Assembly: GCF_000315625.1 (NCBI RefSeq)
Contig: NW_005434653.1
Span: 785,343-849,342, forward strand
DNA from: Guillardia theta CCMP2712
Taxonomy: Eukaryota; Protista; Cryptophyta
Direction of reading: 5' to 3'
DNA: 64,000 bases
The notes under the pieces were generated by a model. That model saw only the letters and a program-made list of their open reading frames with translations. It was not told the DNA's origin and did no database searches. Both the position numbers and the translations under genes were made by a program. Shown piece after piece: positions 51,263-63,140 of the stretch. The stretch's first letter is position 1. Each line of letters starts with the position of its first letter.

Positions 51263-52483
51263 CTGCCCTTGTTCACCATAATAATTGTGAAGTTTCCGGG
51301 GACGGGAGGTTAGTGTTTGAGTACGATTCAACTACTTGAAATTGCTTTTGTTTTTGTTACAGATTTGTACCATAGTCTGAAACATTTGGATATTTGGATG
51401 TATATTCGCAAATTTTCAATTAAAATATTGAAATTTTTAACCCCTTTGCCACAGTTTGATTGGACCCTTGAATGTTGTGGAGGTCGGCGTCACAGAACAA
51501 CCCCTACCCCAAGAGCCTCTACCCCTATCCGTCGTCTTCAGCCTTCAGGCCATGTTTGAGGGCCGGTACTTGTAGTACCCTACCTCCTCCTTCATCATCG
51601 ACTACCCCACAGAGGGCATATAATCCACTTGTAAAGAAATGTTTGCCAAGCACCGGTAGTTTAGGCCGGGATATGTCAGCCTCTACCGAGTTTGATTTTT
51701 ACCGTCGCTAGGCCTCCCCACCTCCCGGGTTTGCCTCAGGCTACCCGGCCCCCTCTTGGACTCTCACAGGGTACGGTCCTCGACACACACCCCGGCCCGT
51801 AAAGAACTACCCCTACCGTGCCTCCCAATTTGATCGTGGCCTACCCTGCGGCTGCCGAATCCCTTCAAGGCTTCCGAGTGACACTCTGTACGGTAGAGAT
51901 GATCTGTACGGTACGGTACATCGTCACTACACCCCCCGGGCCGTTTGCCAGTTGTCGGACTATCATCCTGACGGCGACTTAACTTTGACGGTAAAGGATC
52001 ATCCGATCAGTAAGCCGGTGGCCCGGGACTCCCGGGAGGGGGGCCGGCCCGGAAGGCCCGGGATCGGACGGGAGTCGGAGGCGGGGCCCGGAGGAGGCCG
52101 CCGCGGGCGGCGCCGCCCGGCGGCCCGGCGGGCTCAGGCTTGCCGCAAGCCTTGGCAGTGCCAAGTTGGGCCCGGGGAGACTGGGCCCGGGGGAGAGCCT
52201 CGGACGCGAGTCAGTGAGGCGAGTAAGGAAGGGGCCCGCCGGGGGGCCCTTCCGAGTCCGAGTCGGCTTGCCACGGTTGATTCATGCGGCCGCAGCCGGA
52301 CTCCGTGACATCCGTGGCGCGCGCGGCAGCCTGACGTTTCTGCAGTGCCGCGCTGAGTGCCGTGCGTGACTCTCACCGGCGGCGTCCGACCGTCAGTGTG
52401 GCCGCCGCGGGGGGCTGCCAGGGGGACTACCGTCACAGTGACTAGCCCCCGCTCACTGAAGACGGGAGTCACGCCTAGTACAC

Positions 52484-52544
52484 GGGTTTAGGGCCCGGTT
52501 TAGGGTTTAGGGACGGTTTAGGGTTTAGGCCCGCCGGGTTTAGG
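52484..52544 (+). repeat. Degenerate interstitial telomeric repeats (TTTAGGG)
   Basis: Six GTTTAGG(G) units with GC interruptions. Confidence 0.85.
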
Positions 52545-54545
52545 AGCCGCGGCCCTTACGGTAAGAGCATGCTGCCCTGCGGCGCGTAGGGAGAGCGCAA
52601 GGGGACTGGAGGAAGCTGCGAAATGATGAGAGCGTTCGCAACCTGCTGTATCGGAGATCATGCCAATACACGCAGGGCGAGCGCTCTGGAGGCCACGTCG
52701 AGGAGGCCGCCAACCTCGTCGAGAGGGTGAAGAGCTTCGCGAAGCGGTATCCTGGTAGCCTAGTAGGACAGCTCATGCTTGCAGAGCTGAGGGTGGATCA
52801 TGGATGCACTCCCGACGCTATCGCTGAAGCCATCCGCTCGACCGATGATGTCGGCAGGCGAGACGCGACCTGTTTGAAGACTCTCTGAGCGAATGGAGCT
52901 CAGAGTCGAGAGCATGGTTTAACAACAGATGGAGGAGGCCAAGAAGCAGAATGTCGAGGCATACATCGGCACTGAACTGACTTGCACCGAGGGGACCTCC
53001 TTCATCTCCAAGAAAAGTTGAAATCGAAGCTTATGGAGCTGGGTCTCATGGTAGACTCAGTCGATGGAGTCGACAAGGCCATCATGTGGAAAGCACCTTA
53101 CAGACCTGAGGCTAGTAGCACGAGCAGACGACATCTCAGTCACCGTCTCCTTCCTTAGGAATGAAGAAGCCATGGCGCTATGGGGCCGAAGGCAGGCCCG
53201 GAGAATACAGCATAGACGGCAGACGGTCGTTCAAGCTTCGAGCCAAGCGAGGACCTTGGGGCACTGCAAGGCCCGGGAGCCGCCGCCGCCGGAGCCTTGC
53301 CGAGCTATCGCAGCTCTTAGCTCTTGGAGGAATGTCGACGGCCGAGATCGCTCAGACTCTCTATCGATTTCAGCTGCAGAGGTACAACCGCTTGCTGGCA
53401 TTCTCGTGCAGGGTCCTGGGCAGCCTCCGAGGTCGCAAGGGGCCGAGCCCGAAGACGTATGTGGCTATTGGGGCAAGCACGGGAGCTCTCGTTCAGAGAG
53501 AGCGAGGCGATGGAGGGGGTGCATCTCACTCTCATCAGCGACGACGCCAAGCTCAGAGAGACGTGAGAGATCATGCGGGGCGCAGCAGCTTTAGAGTCAC
53601 GTGACAGATCAAGTCGAGGTCAAGCATGAGCACTGAGGCCGCTTCTCGAGGAAGGAGATGGAAGCCGCGGCTGTGCGGAGGAGGTAACACAAACCTCAAG
53701 CTGGTCAGCGTCGAGGTCGAGGAAGATTCACGGTGACACGCTGAGCTGGGATGGGAGCCTGATAGCTCTCTTCCTGGCGACTTGGAAGGGGTCCCCACTG
53801 TCAGCTCTCAGGAGGAAGAGGAGAGCGAGGAGCAAGCTCAGGACCCCCAAGGGCATCAGCAAGGCGCTGGATGGCTGGAGCTCAGCGACATCGACAGGAT
53901 CACCATGGAAGCAGCGTCGCCGTCAGGGCCAGTCGATCAACAGGTCTTGGTCGACCTCTCGTCGATGCTCTTGGAGACACTGATCAGAGGAGGAGCTGCT
54001 AGCTGGCAAGCTCGGATCTCCCTGGAGCTAGACAAGAGTGTTGGCAAGCTGGCAACGTGGAGTTCATGACGCTCGGAGCTTGGGCAGCCACGCCGTTGAA
54101 AGAAAAGCTCAGAGCGTACCTCGGGGAGATGCAATGGACACGGGTGCAAGGGAACAAGAAGGTCATGCAGGCAGCGAGGAGGGGCAGCGCCTTGGAGGCT
54201 GAGAGCGATGACATCGAGAGTCGATCTGTAAGCCTCACGGGCAAGGTCGACAAGCAAGACCGACTGCGGCTGACGATGAGAGATGAAGTCGAAATGGAGG
54301 CTGAGGAGGGCGAGGGCGTGGAGGAGGAGGCTGGCACAGGCCTCTCTCGCGCTTGAAGCTCGAGGCAAGTCTTAAAGGTGGACAAGAGGCAGACTCTGCG
54401 GCGGAAATGTGGGCCCCAAGGCCCGGGGGAAGGAGGAAGAAATAAACTTGAAAGCAGGTGGGCACGGGGCAAGCAACGAAGGTAAGCCTCAGGCTTGAAG
54501 GGCAGGTAAGCCGGCCGCGGTGGGCCCGGAGCCTGGGGGAGGGGG
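52545..54545 (+). mobile_element. Telomere-associated element, copy A (degenerate, 3'-truncated)
   Basis: Colinear with 60406-62700; many frameshifts; flanked on both sides by TTTAGGG. Confidence 0.7.
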
Positions 54546-54564
54546 AGCCTTTAGAGTTTGACTG

Positions 54565-54581
54565 AGGGTTTAGGGTTTAGG
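54565..54581 (+). repeat. Short telomeric tract
   Basis: AGGGTTTAGGGTTTAGG. Confidence 0.75.
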
Positions 54582-55480
54582 AGGCGCCGTTATTTTCGGC
54601 AGGCGCCAGGCGCCGTTATTTTCGGCAGCACTGCGGCATGGCTCCTCGCCAGCACGGTGTAGGGGAACTTCGGAAGCCGCCAGGGCGGCCGGCGCCAGTT
54701 GATCGGATCCGAGTGACTCTGTGACTCGGATCATCCGATGCCACCGGATGTTCAAGTTTACGCCGTTGCGTGACGCGCCCGGCATCCGCGGCCCGCCGGG
54801 CCGCCGGCCTAAGGCTGCAGTGCTATGTACGGTAACCTAGTAACTCTGACTCACTGGCCAGTGCCAGCTTCAGTACCGTCTACGTGACAAGAACTTCGGC
54901 TCTCGCTCGGAAGCCCGGCGCAATTTCGGACTGGAAGGAGTGACGCACAGAGTCCCTGGCAGACGAGTTGGAAGGACTCCGAGAAGGTTGAGACATATGG
55001 CACCGCCTCAGCAGGCCCTGAGGCAACGAGTTCGGACTTTCTTCATCCTGATCTGAACTGTCGGCGGTAGGCTACTGTCTGTACCGTACGTTTACCGTTG
55101 AAAACGGTTGTAGTGAAATTCAACGAACTGTCGGTGAAATTTGTACCATGAAAAATACCGTACAGGACACACCTGGTACTCATTTGTACCACGTCTGGAA
55201 AACACTCCGAGTCATGGTTATTTTCAGTGTACTTTCCTGAAGTGTGTCCCTGGTACCAATATTTGTATTGAAAATTTAACCAATATCTTTAAAACTAATA
55301 GTGCTATATGCTGTGCACTCCAACAAGGTCTGTCTGATTTGCTAGAAGGCTGTTGGTATTCGTGCTATAGCGAGGGAGGGAGGGGAGGGACAGGGGGAGG
55401 GACCGAAAGAGGCAGGAAGGGAGGAGGGAGGGGGGCAGAGATATATGAAGAAAGGAAAGGAGATAGGGTGATAGGGAGGG

Positions 55481-56444
55481 AGGGAGTGTGTGTGTGTCGA
55501 GGAAGGAGGCGAGGATTAGCGAGGGAGGGAGGGAGAAAGGGGAGAGCGGAGGGAGGGAGAAAGTGAGGGAGCATCTCTCTCTTTCACTCACTGGCTGTCT
55601 CTTACTCGGTCACTCTCCCTCCTTCTGTCTGTCTGTCTCTCTTCCTCCCCTCACCCCATTTCCTTGCTTGCACCCACCCTCTCCCTCCCTCTTCCTCCTC
55701 TCTCGCTCTTTGCCTGCTGCCAGCCTGCCTGTCAGTGATTCTGTCGGTCCTTCGTCCCTTTCTCTCCCTTGCTCTCCCTTTCTCTCCCTCCCCCCCCCCC
55801 CCCTCCCCCCCTTCCCCTCAAACACACACTCTTTTCCCTTCTTTATCCTTGTCTGATGCCTGCTATCCGTCTCTCACCCATTCGCTGGTTTCTGTCTCAT
55901 GTCTTGCTGTCATGAGCAAGGCAACATGCAGAAGAAGGACTGCCTATTGGATATGGGTATCAGGGTGAACGCGTCAGAACACACAGATCCAAGGGAGAAA
56001 TGAGACAAGTCAAGACTCTGTGTCTTTTTCTTTGTTTGGGTCTGATGTGCATTGTGATTACAGAGGTGAGAAGCATCTGCGTTGTTGTATCCTTGATATG
56101 ACGAGCTTTGATGTGATTGTAGGGAATAGCTGCTACTGTTGGCTGTCAAGGTTTTATTGATGGCAAGAAGAATGTCGTGCGCCAGAGCTCTTGCTTGACA
56201 TTACGAGGAGGAAGTGGTGCACCATGGAACGTGAGCGATGGTGGTTCCCCTGGGGCGAAAGAGCTCAGAGAGAAAAGTATGGGGAATGTGAATGGAATGC
56301 GCATGGAGCTAACTGGCCATGGTTCTCTCGAGGAACAAGACGAGATGTATGCAGACGAGCAGTTGGCTGTTTACAGCTCTCGTGACGCAAGAGACAAGAC
56401 AGAGAGATCGAAAAGACCACGAACTGCAGAAAGAGAGGGGCTAG
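55481..56444 (+). repeat. Left arm of ~950-bp inverted repeat
   Basis: Reverse complement of 58693-59749; same ORF translations on opposite strands. Confidence 0.95.
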
Positions 56445-56754
56445 CTAGAGGGCGATTTATCTTATTACATACATCTTGTTGATTTGGAAAATTCGGTTAT
56501 CTTTGATTCTACAGAAGTTCGATTTTTTTTGAAGTGGAACTAAGTTGCTCGTTGTGAAAGAGGTAATCGTGTACGGCATCTTGTGGAATACAAAGGATGG
56601 ACAACATGAGTGTGTTGTCATTTTTGTGTGCTAGTGGGAGCGAATGAGAGAATAATCTGTACTACCTTATCCTCTTACAATTTAGATCCCTGAGGTAGGT
56701 TAGTTTTCTTGGAGAGAATGCTTCTCTTCACATCCGACTTGTTTGCGACACGGT

Positions 56755-58858
56755 TCAGGTGGATTTCCTCACAGTGTCGGAGACAAGACCTGTAACTTCG
56801 GGCATACTAGCAGAGCTCATTTCAGAAATCTTCCTTTCTCTCAACCATAATGCATCTTCTTTTGATAGGAACATGGTGTACTGAGTGAAGTTGCACAGCT
56901 GCTGAAAATTCTCCTCGCTTGGCTCTTTTCCATCATATGTGAAAACCTGTCCTCGTGTCCAGTTCGGCAGTCCCTTATACGCTGAAGGTAGGACAAACAC
57001 AAAACATATCCTAGAAAACCGGTTCTTGGCTCGCAGAGCTTGCAGGATCTTACATAATGGCCAATACTTGATCGGATGACTATCTGCCCGTGTAATCTGA
57101 AAAATGTAGAGAACTTCGCTTTGTTTTAATGACAACGCATCCAAGAAAGGAAAATTCTTTGACTTGGGCTTGCAATATGCATTCAAATTGATCGCCCACG
57201 TTTCCATCTCGTCTTGCTTTGTCGCAAATTCAATATACGATTGCGATGTTTCCAACTTGAGCTCTTCGCACATGTATCCATTACCATTAGTCGACTGTAG
57301 ACTATGCAACGTGAAGTTTCCTCCTTTCTTCAGCAGCTGATGTGCAACGTATTCAAAAATTTGACCTGCTGCAACCTCAAATGGACTTTCAGCGGCCGAA
57401 AAAGCCTGCTCAACAAGCGAATGCCAATCGTTTATGACAATCCTGTCAAATATCTTCGTTTCAGCCTTCGTTGAACATATGCGAGGGGTTATGGTCTTGA
57501 AGTCAGAATTAGGGATCAGGTGAATTAGTTTCGATGGCATTCCCAAGTCTTGATTTATTGCCACATGCATCCTCTCCTGTAGTGATGACAAAGAACCTGT
57601 TGTCCTGATTATCTGATCAAGTGTATCTGAGGGTTTCATCACGAGATATCTTGGTACGTTTCCCCAATCCTCAATGGTCCGTGCAGCTTCTTGCTCATCA
57701 ATGCGCCCCCTATGCATCTTGATGAAGATTGACATCTCCTCGTCCGACCATACTGGTAGAAAATATCTCTGCGACACACGTTTGTTCAAAAGATCCTTAA
57801 TCGGCTGAACCCTCGGTGATGAAATTATAATTGTTTTTGCGAAATTAGTGATGGCATAGTCTCCTTTCCCATGGTACAAGTCACAGATATACCACCCAGA
57901 GAAATGTGCAAGAAGGACAACAAAAGGTTTGTCATGGAGGATCTCATTCCATTCTCCTCCATCAGAGTACCAATACTGAGGCCCTACCTGGTAGACGATT
58001 TTCTCCTTAGACCGGAGAAGCTCCATGAGTAAGTAGTACGCAAAGCACGACTTTCCTATCCCTGGAGTACCTGTGAGAATAAATGGCTTACAACTCTTTC
58101 GTGGTCCCAGTGTCTTCAACATCTCTGGATCCACCTTGAAATGTTCTGCAATTACCCGCTTCATCTCAAGATAACACTCTCGTATGAAGAGATGGTTTCC
58201 AAAATCCTCATCGCCTCCCAAGAATGTCGAAAGAGGGATAATCTCAAGAGCTGAGAAGGTCTTGCCTGAGCGTGCAATGTTCCAGAGATCGTTCAAGAAA
58301 AGTAGGATTTCGCTACCTATCAGTCCTATCAGTACATGTAATTCATCACAATTCTGCTTCACCTTCAGGTTTGGATAAATGGTCTGCAAGTTTTTCATGA
58401 CGTATATCCCTTTGTTGTTTGATCTCCAATATTTTGAGAAGCTGTATCTCCTTCTCTCGAAGCTGCTGCTTCTCCATCTCTCGAAGCTGCTTCTCCTGAT
58501 ACCAGTATTGCTCATTCATATTTGAGATGTTCCTCTCTATGATGTTCCTATCTGCCACTTCTATCTTGCTATTAACCACATCAATATCCTCCTTTACCCT
58601 TGCAATCTCCGCATTTACCCCTGCAATCTCAATTACCGTCTCATTTACTCTGGTCATCGTTGCATGGAGCTCTGCTCCCAATGAATAGCCCCCTAGCCCC
58701 TCTCTTTCCGCAGTTCGTGGTCTTTTCGATCTCTCTGTCTTGTCTCTTGCGTCACGAGAGCTGTAAACAGCCAACTGCTCGTCTGCATACATCTCGTCTT
58801 GTTCCTCGAGAGAACCATGGCCAGTTAGCTCCATGCGCATTCCATTCACATTCCCCAT
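56755..58858 (-). CDS. Crinkler/RHS-type protein: coiled-coil header + P-loop NTPase + restriction-endonuclease-fold domain
   Basis: EKQLREMEKQQLREKE header; LFIRECY; ILTGTPGIGKS; IISSP; LPVWSDEE; WGNVPR; GQIFE; PKSKNFPFLDAL; IFQIT..SHPIK; the two ORFs are joined in frame by a GT-AG intron 58362-58317. Confidence 0.85.
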
Positions 58859-59749
58859 ACTTTTCTCTCTGAGCTCTTTCGCCCCAGGGGAACCACCATC
58901 GCTCACGTTCCATGGTGCACCACTTCCTCCTCGTAATGTCAAGCAAGAGCTCTGGCGCACGACATTCTTCTTGCCATCAATAAAACCTTGACAGCCAACA
59001 GTAGCAGCTATTCCCTACAATCACATCAAAGCTCGTCATATCAAGGATACAACAACGCAGGTGCTTCTCACCTCTGTAATCACAATGCACATCAGACCCA
59101 AACAAAGAAAAAGACACAGAGTCTTGACTTGTCTCATTTCTCCCTTGGATCTGTGTGTTCTGACGCGTTCACCCTGATACCCATATCCAATAGGCAGTCC
59201 TTCTTCTGCATGTTGCCTTGCTCATGACAGCAAGACATGAGACAGAAACCAGCGAATGGGTGAGAGACGGATAGCAGGCATCAGACAAGGATAAAGAAGG
59301 GAAAAGAGTGTGTGTTGAGGGGAAGGGGGGAGGGNNNNNNNNNNNNNNNNNNNNNNNNNNNNNNNNNNNNNNNNNNNNNNNNNNNNNNNNNNNNNNNNNN
59401 NNNNNNNNNNNNNNNNNNNNNNNNNNNNNNNNNNGAGGGCGAGGGAGAGAAAGGGAGAGCCAGGGGGAGAAAGGGACGAAGGACCGACAGAATCACTGAC
59501 AGGCAGGCTGGCAGCAGGCAAAGAGCGAGAGAGGAGGAAGAGGGAGGGAGAGGGTGGGTGCAAGCAAGGAAATGGGGTGAGGGGAGGAAGAGAGACAGAC
59601 AGACAGAAGGAGGGAGAGTGACCGAGTAAGAGACAGCCAGTGAGTGAAAGAGAGAGATGCTCCCTCACTTTCTCCCTCCCTCCGCTCTCCCCTTTCTCCC
59701 TCCCTCCCTCGCTAAATCCATCGCCCCCTTCCTCGCACACACACTCCCT
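58693..59749 (-). repeat. Right arm of inverted repeat (contains upstream region and 5' codons of the CRN/RHS gene)
   Basis: See left arm; includes a 100-N gap. Confidence 0.95.
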
Positions 59750-60406
59750 TGTCAGAGGCAGCCGGGCCTTGTCAGAGGCAGCCGGGCCTTGTCAGAGGCA
59801 GCCGGGCCTTGTCAGAGGCAGAGCCGGGCCTTGTCAGAGGCAGCCGGGCCTTGTCAGAGGCAGCCGGGCCTTGTCAGAGGCAGCCGGGCCTTGTCAGAGG
59901 CAGCCGGGCCTTGTCAGAGGCAGCCGGGCCTTGTCAGAGGCAGCCGGGCCTTGTCAGAGGCAGCCGGGCCTTGTCAGAGGCAGCCGGGCCTTGTCAGAGG
60001 CAGCCGGGCCTTGTCAGAGGCAGCCGGGCCTTGTCAGAGGCAGCCGGGCCTTGTCAGAGGCACAGCCGGGCCTTGTCAGAGGCAGCCGGGCCTTGTCAGA
60101 GGCAGCCGGGCCTTGTCAGAGGCAGCCGGGCCTTGTCAGAGGCAGCCGGGCCTTGTCAGAGGCAGCCGGGCCTTGTCAGAGGCAGCCGGGCCTTGTCAGA
60201 GGCACAGCCGGGCCTTGTCAGAGGCAGCCGGGCCTTGTCAGAGGCACAGCCGGGCCTTGTCAGAGGCACAGCCGGGCCTTGTCAGAGGCACAGCCGGGCC
60301 TTGTCAGAGGCACAGCCGGGCCTTGTCAGAGGCACAGCCGGGCCTTGTCAGAGGCCGCACAGCCGGCCGCCTTGTCAGAGGCACAGCCGGGCCTTGTCAG
60401 AGGCAC
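59748..60406 (+). repeat. 20-bp (some 22-bp) tandem array TTGTCAGAGGCA(CA)GCCGGGCC, ~32 copies
   Basis: Direct inspection; forms the 5' end of element copy B. Confidence 0.95.
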
Positions 60407-63103
60407 ATGCTGCCCTGCGGCGCGTAGGGAGAGCGGCAAGGGGACCGGTGGAAGCTGCGAGCAAGAGGTTTGTATCGTTCAAACAGCTACCTAAGCATGG
60501 TACTACAGTATGATGAGAGCGTTCGCAACCTGCTGTATCGGAGATCATGCCAATACACGCAGGGTGAGCGCTCTGGAGGCCACGTCGAAGAGGCCGCCGA
60601 CCTCGTCGAGAGAGTGAAGCCTTCACCAAGCGTTATCCGAATAGTCGGACAGCTCATGCTTGCAGAGCTGAGGGGGGATGCACTCCCGACGCTATCGCTG
60701 AAGCCATCCGCTCGACATGTCGGCAGGCGAGACGCGACCTGTTTGAAGACTCTCTGAGTGAATGGAGCTCAGAGTCGAGAGCATGGTTTATTCAACAGAT
60801 GGAGGAGGCCAAGAAGCAGAATGTCGAGACATACATCGGCACCGAAGGCACCGAGGGGACCTCCTTCATCTCCATGACTCTCCTGGGCATCTCCTCGATG
60901 TTTGTTCGACAAGAAGACAAATTGAAAACAAAGCTCATGGAGCTGGGGCTCATGGTAGACTCAGTCGATGGAGGCGACAAGGCCATCATGTGGAAAGCAC
61001 CTTACAGACCTGAGATAGCACGAGCAGACGACATCTCAGTCACCGTCTCCTTCCTTCGGAATGAAGCAGCCATGGAGCTATGGGAAGGCAGGAAAGAATA
61101 CACTATAGACGGCAGAGCGTTTAAAGCAACGGAAGTCAGCATAGCACACGGCTCTCGGAGGAATGTCGACGGCCGAGATCGCTCAGATTTATCGATTTCA
61201 GCTGGTCTCGCAATCTCTTGCAGCCGCAGAGGTACAACCGCTTGCTGGCATGCTCGTGCAGGGTGCTGGGCAGAGAGGTCGCAAGGGGCCGAGCCCGAAG
61301 ACGTATGTCGCTGTTGGGGCAAGTACCGGAACTCTCCAGCAAAAAGAGCTAGAGTGGGTGCTGAGCTCGCCTTCGACGGCAAGTTGCGAGCAGACCTTGG
61401 CCTCGTTCAGAGAGAGCGAGGCGATGGAGGGGGTGCACCTGACCCTCATCAGCGACGACGCCAAGCTCAGAGAGACGTTTGCAGTCGAGCTCACAGCCGA
61501 CACCTTCGTTCCTAGGGGAAAGATCGCTAAGCAAAGGAGGGCACTTCGCGAGAGAGATCATGCGGGGCGCAGCAGCTTCAGAGTGCAGATCAAGTCGAGG
61601 TCAAGCATGAGCACAGGCCGCTTCTCGAGGAAGGAGATGGAAGCACTGTGCGGAGGAGGTAACACATCGATCACGAGAGTCAAGCGAGCCATGTTGGAAT
61701 TAGCAAGAAGGATAGGCGTGACGCCGGTCAGCGTCGAGGTCGAGGAGGATCGTGACACGCTCAGCTGGGATGGGAGCCTGATAGCTCTCTCCCTGGCGAC
61801 CAAGGCAGAGGCTCGACGCTTGATGGACGACATGCACTTCTACTTGGAAGGGATTCTGGAAGTTAAGCTGGAAGCTATGGGTTTTAAGCTTAACCCTCAG
61901 CATGAGGAGGAGAGGAGCCCGAGCAGCGAGGAGCAAGCCCAAGAGTCCCAAGGGCAGCAGCAAGGCGCTGGATGGCTGGAGCTCAGCGACATCGACAGGA
62001 TCACCATGGAAGCAGCGTCGCCGTCAGGGCCAGTCGATCATGGCAACAGGTCTTGGTCGACCTCTCGTCGATGCTCTTGGAGACATCAGAGGAGGAGCTG
62101 CTAGCTGGCAAGCCGATCTCCCTGGAGCTAGACAAGAGTNNNNNNNNNNNNNNNNNNNNNNNNNNNNNNNNNNNNNNNNNNNNNNNNNNNNNNNNNNNNN
62201 NNNNNNNNNNNNNNNNNNNNNNNNNNNNNNNNNNNNNNNNNNNNNNNNNNNNNNNNNNNNNNNNNNNNNNNNNNNNNNNNNNNNNNNNNNNNNNNNNNNN
62301 NNNNNNNNNNNNNNNNNNNNNNNNNNNNNNNNNNNNNNNNNNNNNNNNNNNNNNNNNNNNNNNNNNNNNNNNNNNNNNNNNNNNNNNNNNNCGATCTGTA
62401 AGCCTCTTGTATCTTGCGATCAGTAAATTTGCTGAGCACCATGGGTTGAGCTGCACGGGCAAGGTCGACAAGCAAGACCGACTGCGGCTGATGATGAGGG
62501 AGGAAGTCGACATGGAGGCTGAGGAGGGCGAGGGCGTGGAGGAGGAGGCCGGTGCAGGCCTCTCGCGCGCTTGAGGCTCGAGTCAAGTCTTAGAGGTGGA
62601 CAAGAGGCGGAGCGGAGCTGTGGGCCCCAAGGGGGGAAGGAGGAAGAAATAAAGCAGGTGGTCATGGGGCAAGCAACGAAGGTAAGGGCGGGTAAGCCGG
62701 TCGGGGAGGGGGGAGGGGGGGCGGGTGGAGGAGGCCGGGCGGCGGCCGGCCGGGCCCTAGGGCCCGGTCCGGACCGAGGCCCGGGGGAACTTCGGCTGGG
62801 ACGTGAGTCCCAGGGACCCATCCACAACCCACTTGCCACCGGGCCGAGGAAGCAACACAAGCAAAGCACGGACGACCCAAGGCAAGGCCAGCGGAGGAAA
62901 CTCCACTGGCTGAGGCCGGGGAAGACCACTGAAGTATATCAGAAGAGGGAACAGAGCAGAAGCACGGCTGCCATAAGGGCCAGCCAAGTCGGGCCGAACT
63001 GCCAGGTCACGAGATCCCTGTTAGACTAGAATAGTGCAAGGTGATAACAAGCCATGCAAACTACCTAGCATTCTAATAAACTCAACTACTACTACTACTA
63101 CTA
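59748..63103 (+). mobile_element. Telomere-associated non-LTR-like element, copy B (ORF1-like frame ~60497-62574, frameshifted)
   Basis: 5' array, broken ORF, AATAAA at 63075-63080, (CTA)6 at 63086-63103 running into TTTAGGG repeats. Confidence 0.75.
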
Positions 63104-63140
63104 GGGTTTAGGGTTTAGGGTTTAGGGTTTAGGGTTTAGG
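63102..63140 (+). repeat. Telomeric tract (TTTAGGG)~5
   Basis: Perfect repeats. Confidence 0.95.

Noticed and set aside
56177-56482. 101-aa ORF as an independent gene
   Set aside because: It is the inverted copy of the CRN gene's 5' end and terminates just past the repeat arm
59640-60513. Long ORFs in three frames across the 20-bp array (and 63122-63831 on the minus strand)
   Set aside because: By-products of stop-free tandem repeats
52545-63103. Penelope-like (Athena/Coprina) terminal retroelement
   Set aside because: Those have C-rich telomeric repeats on the sense strand and encode RT; here the sense strand is G-rich and no RT motif is visible
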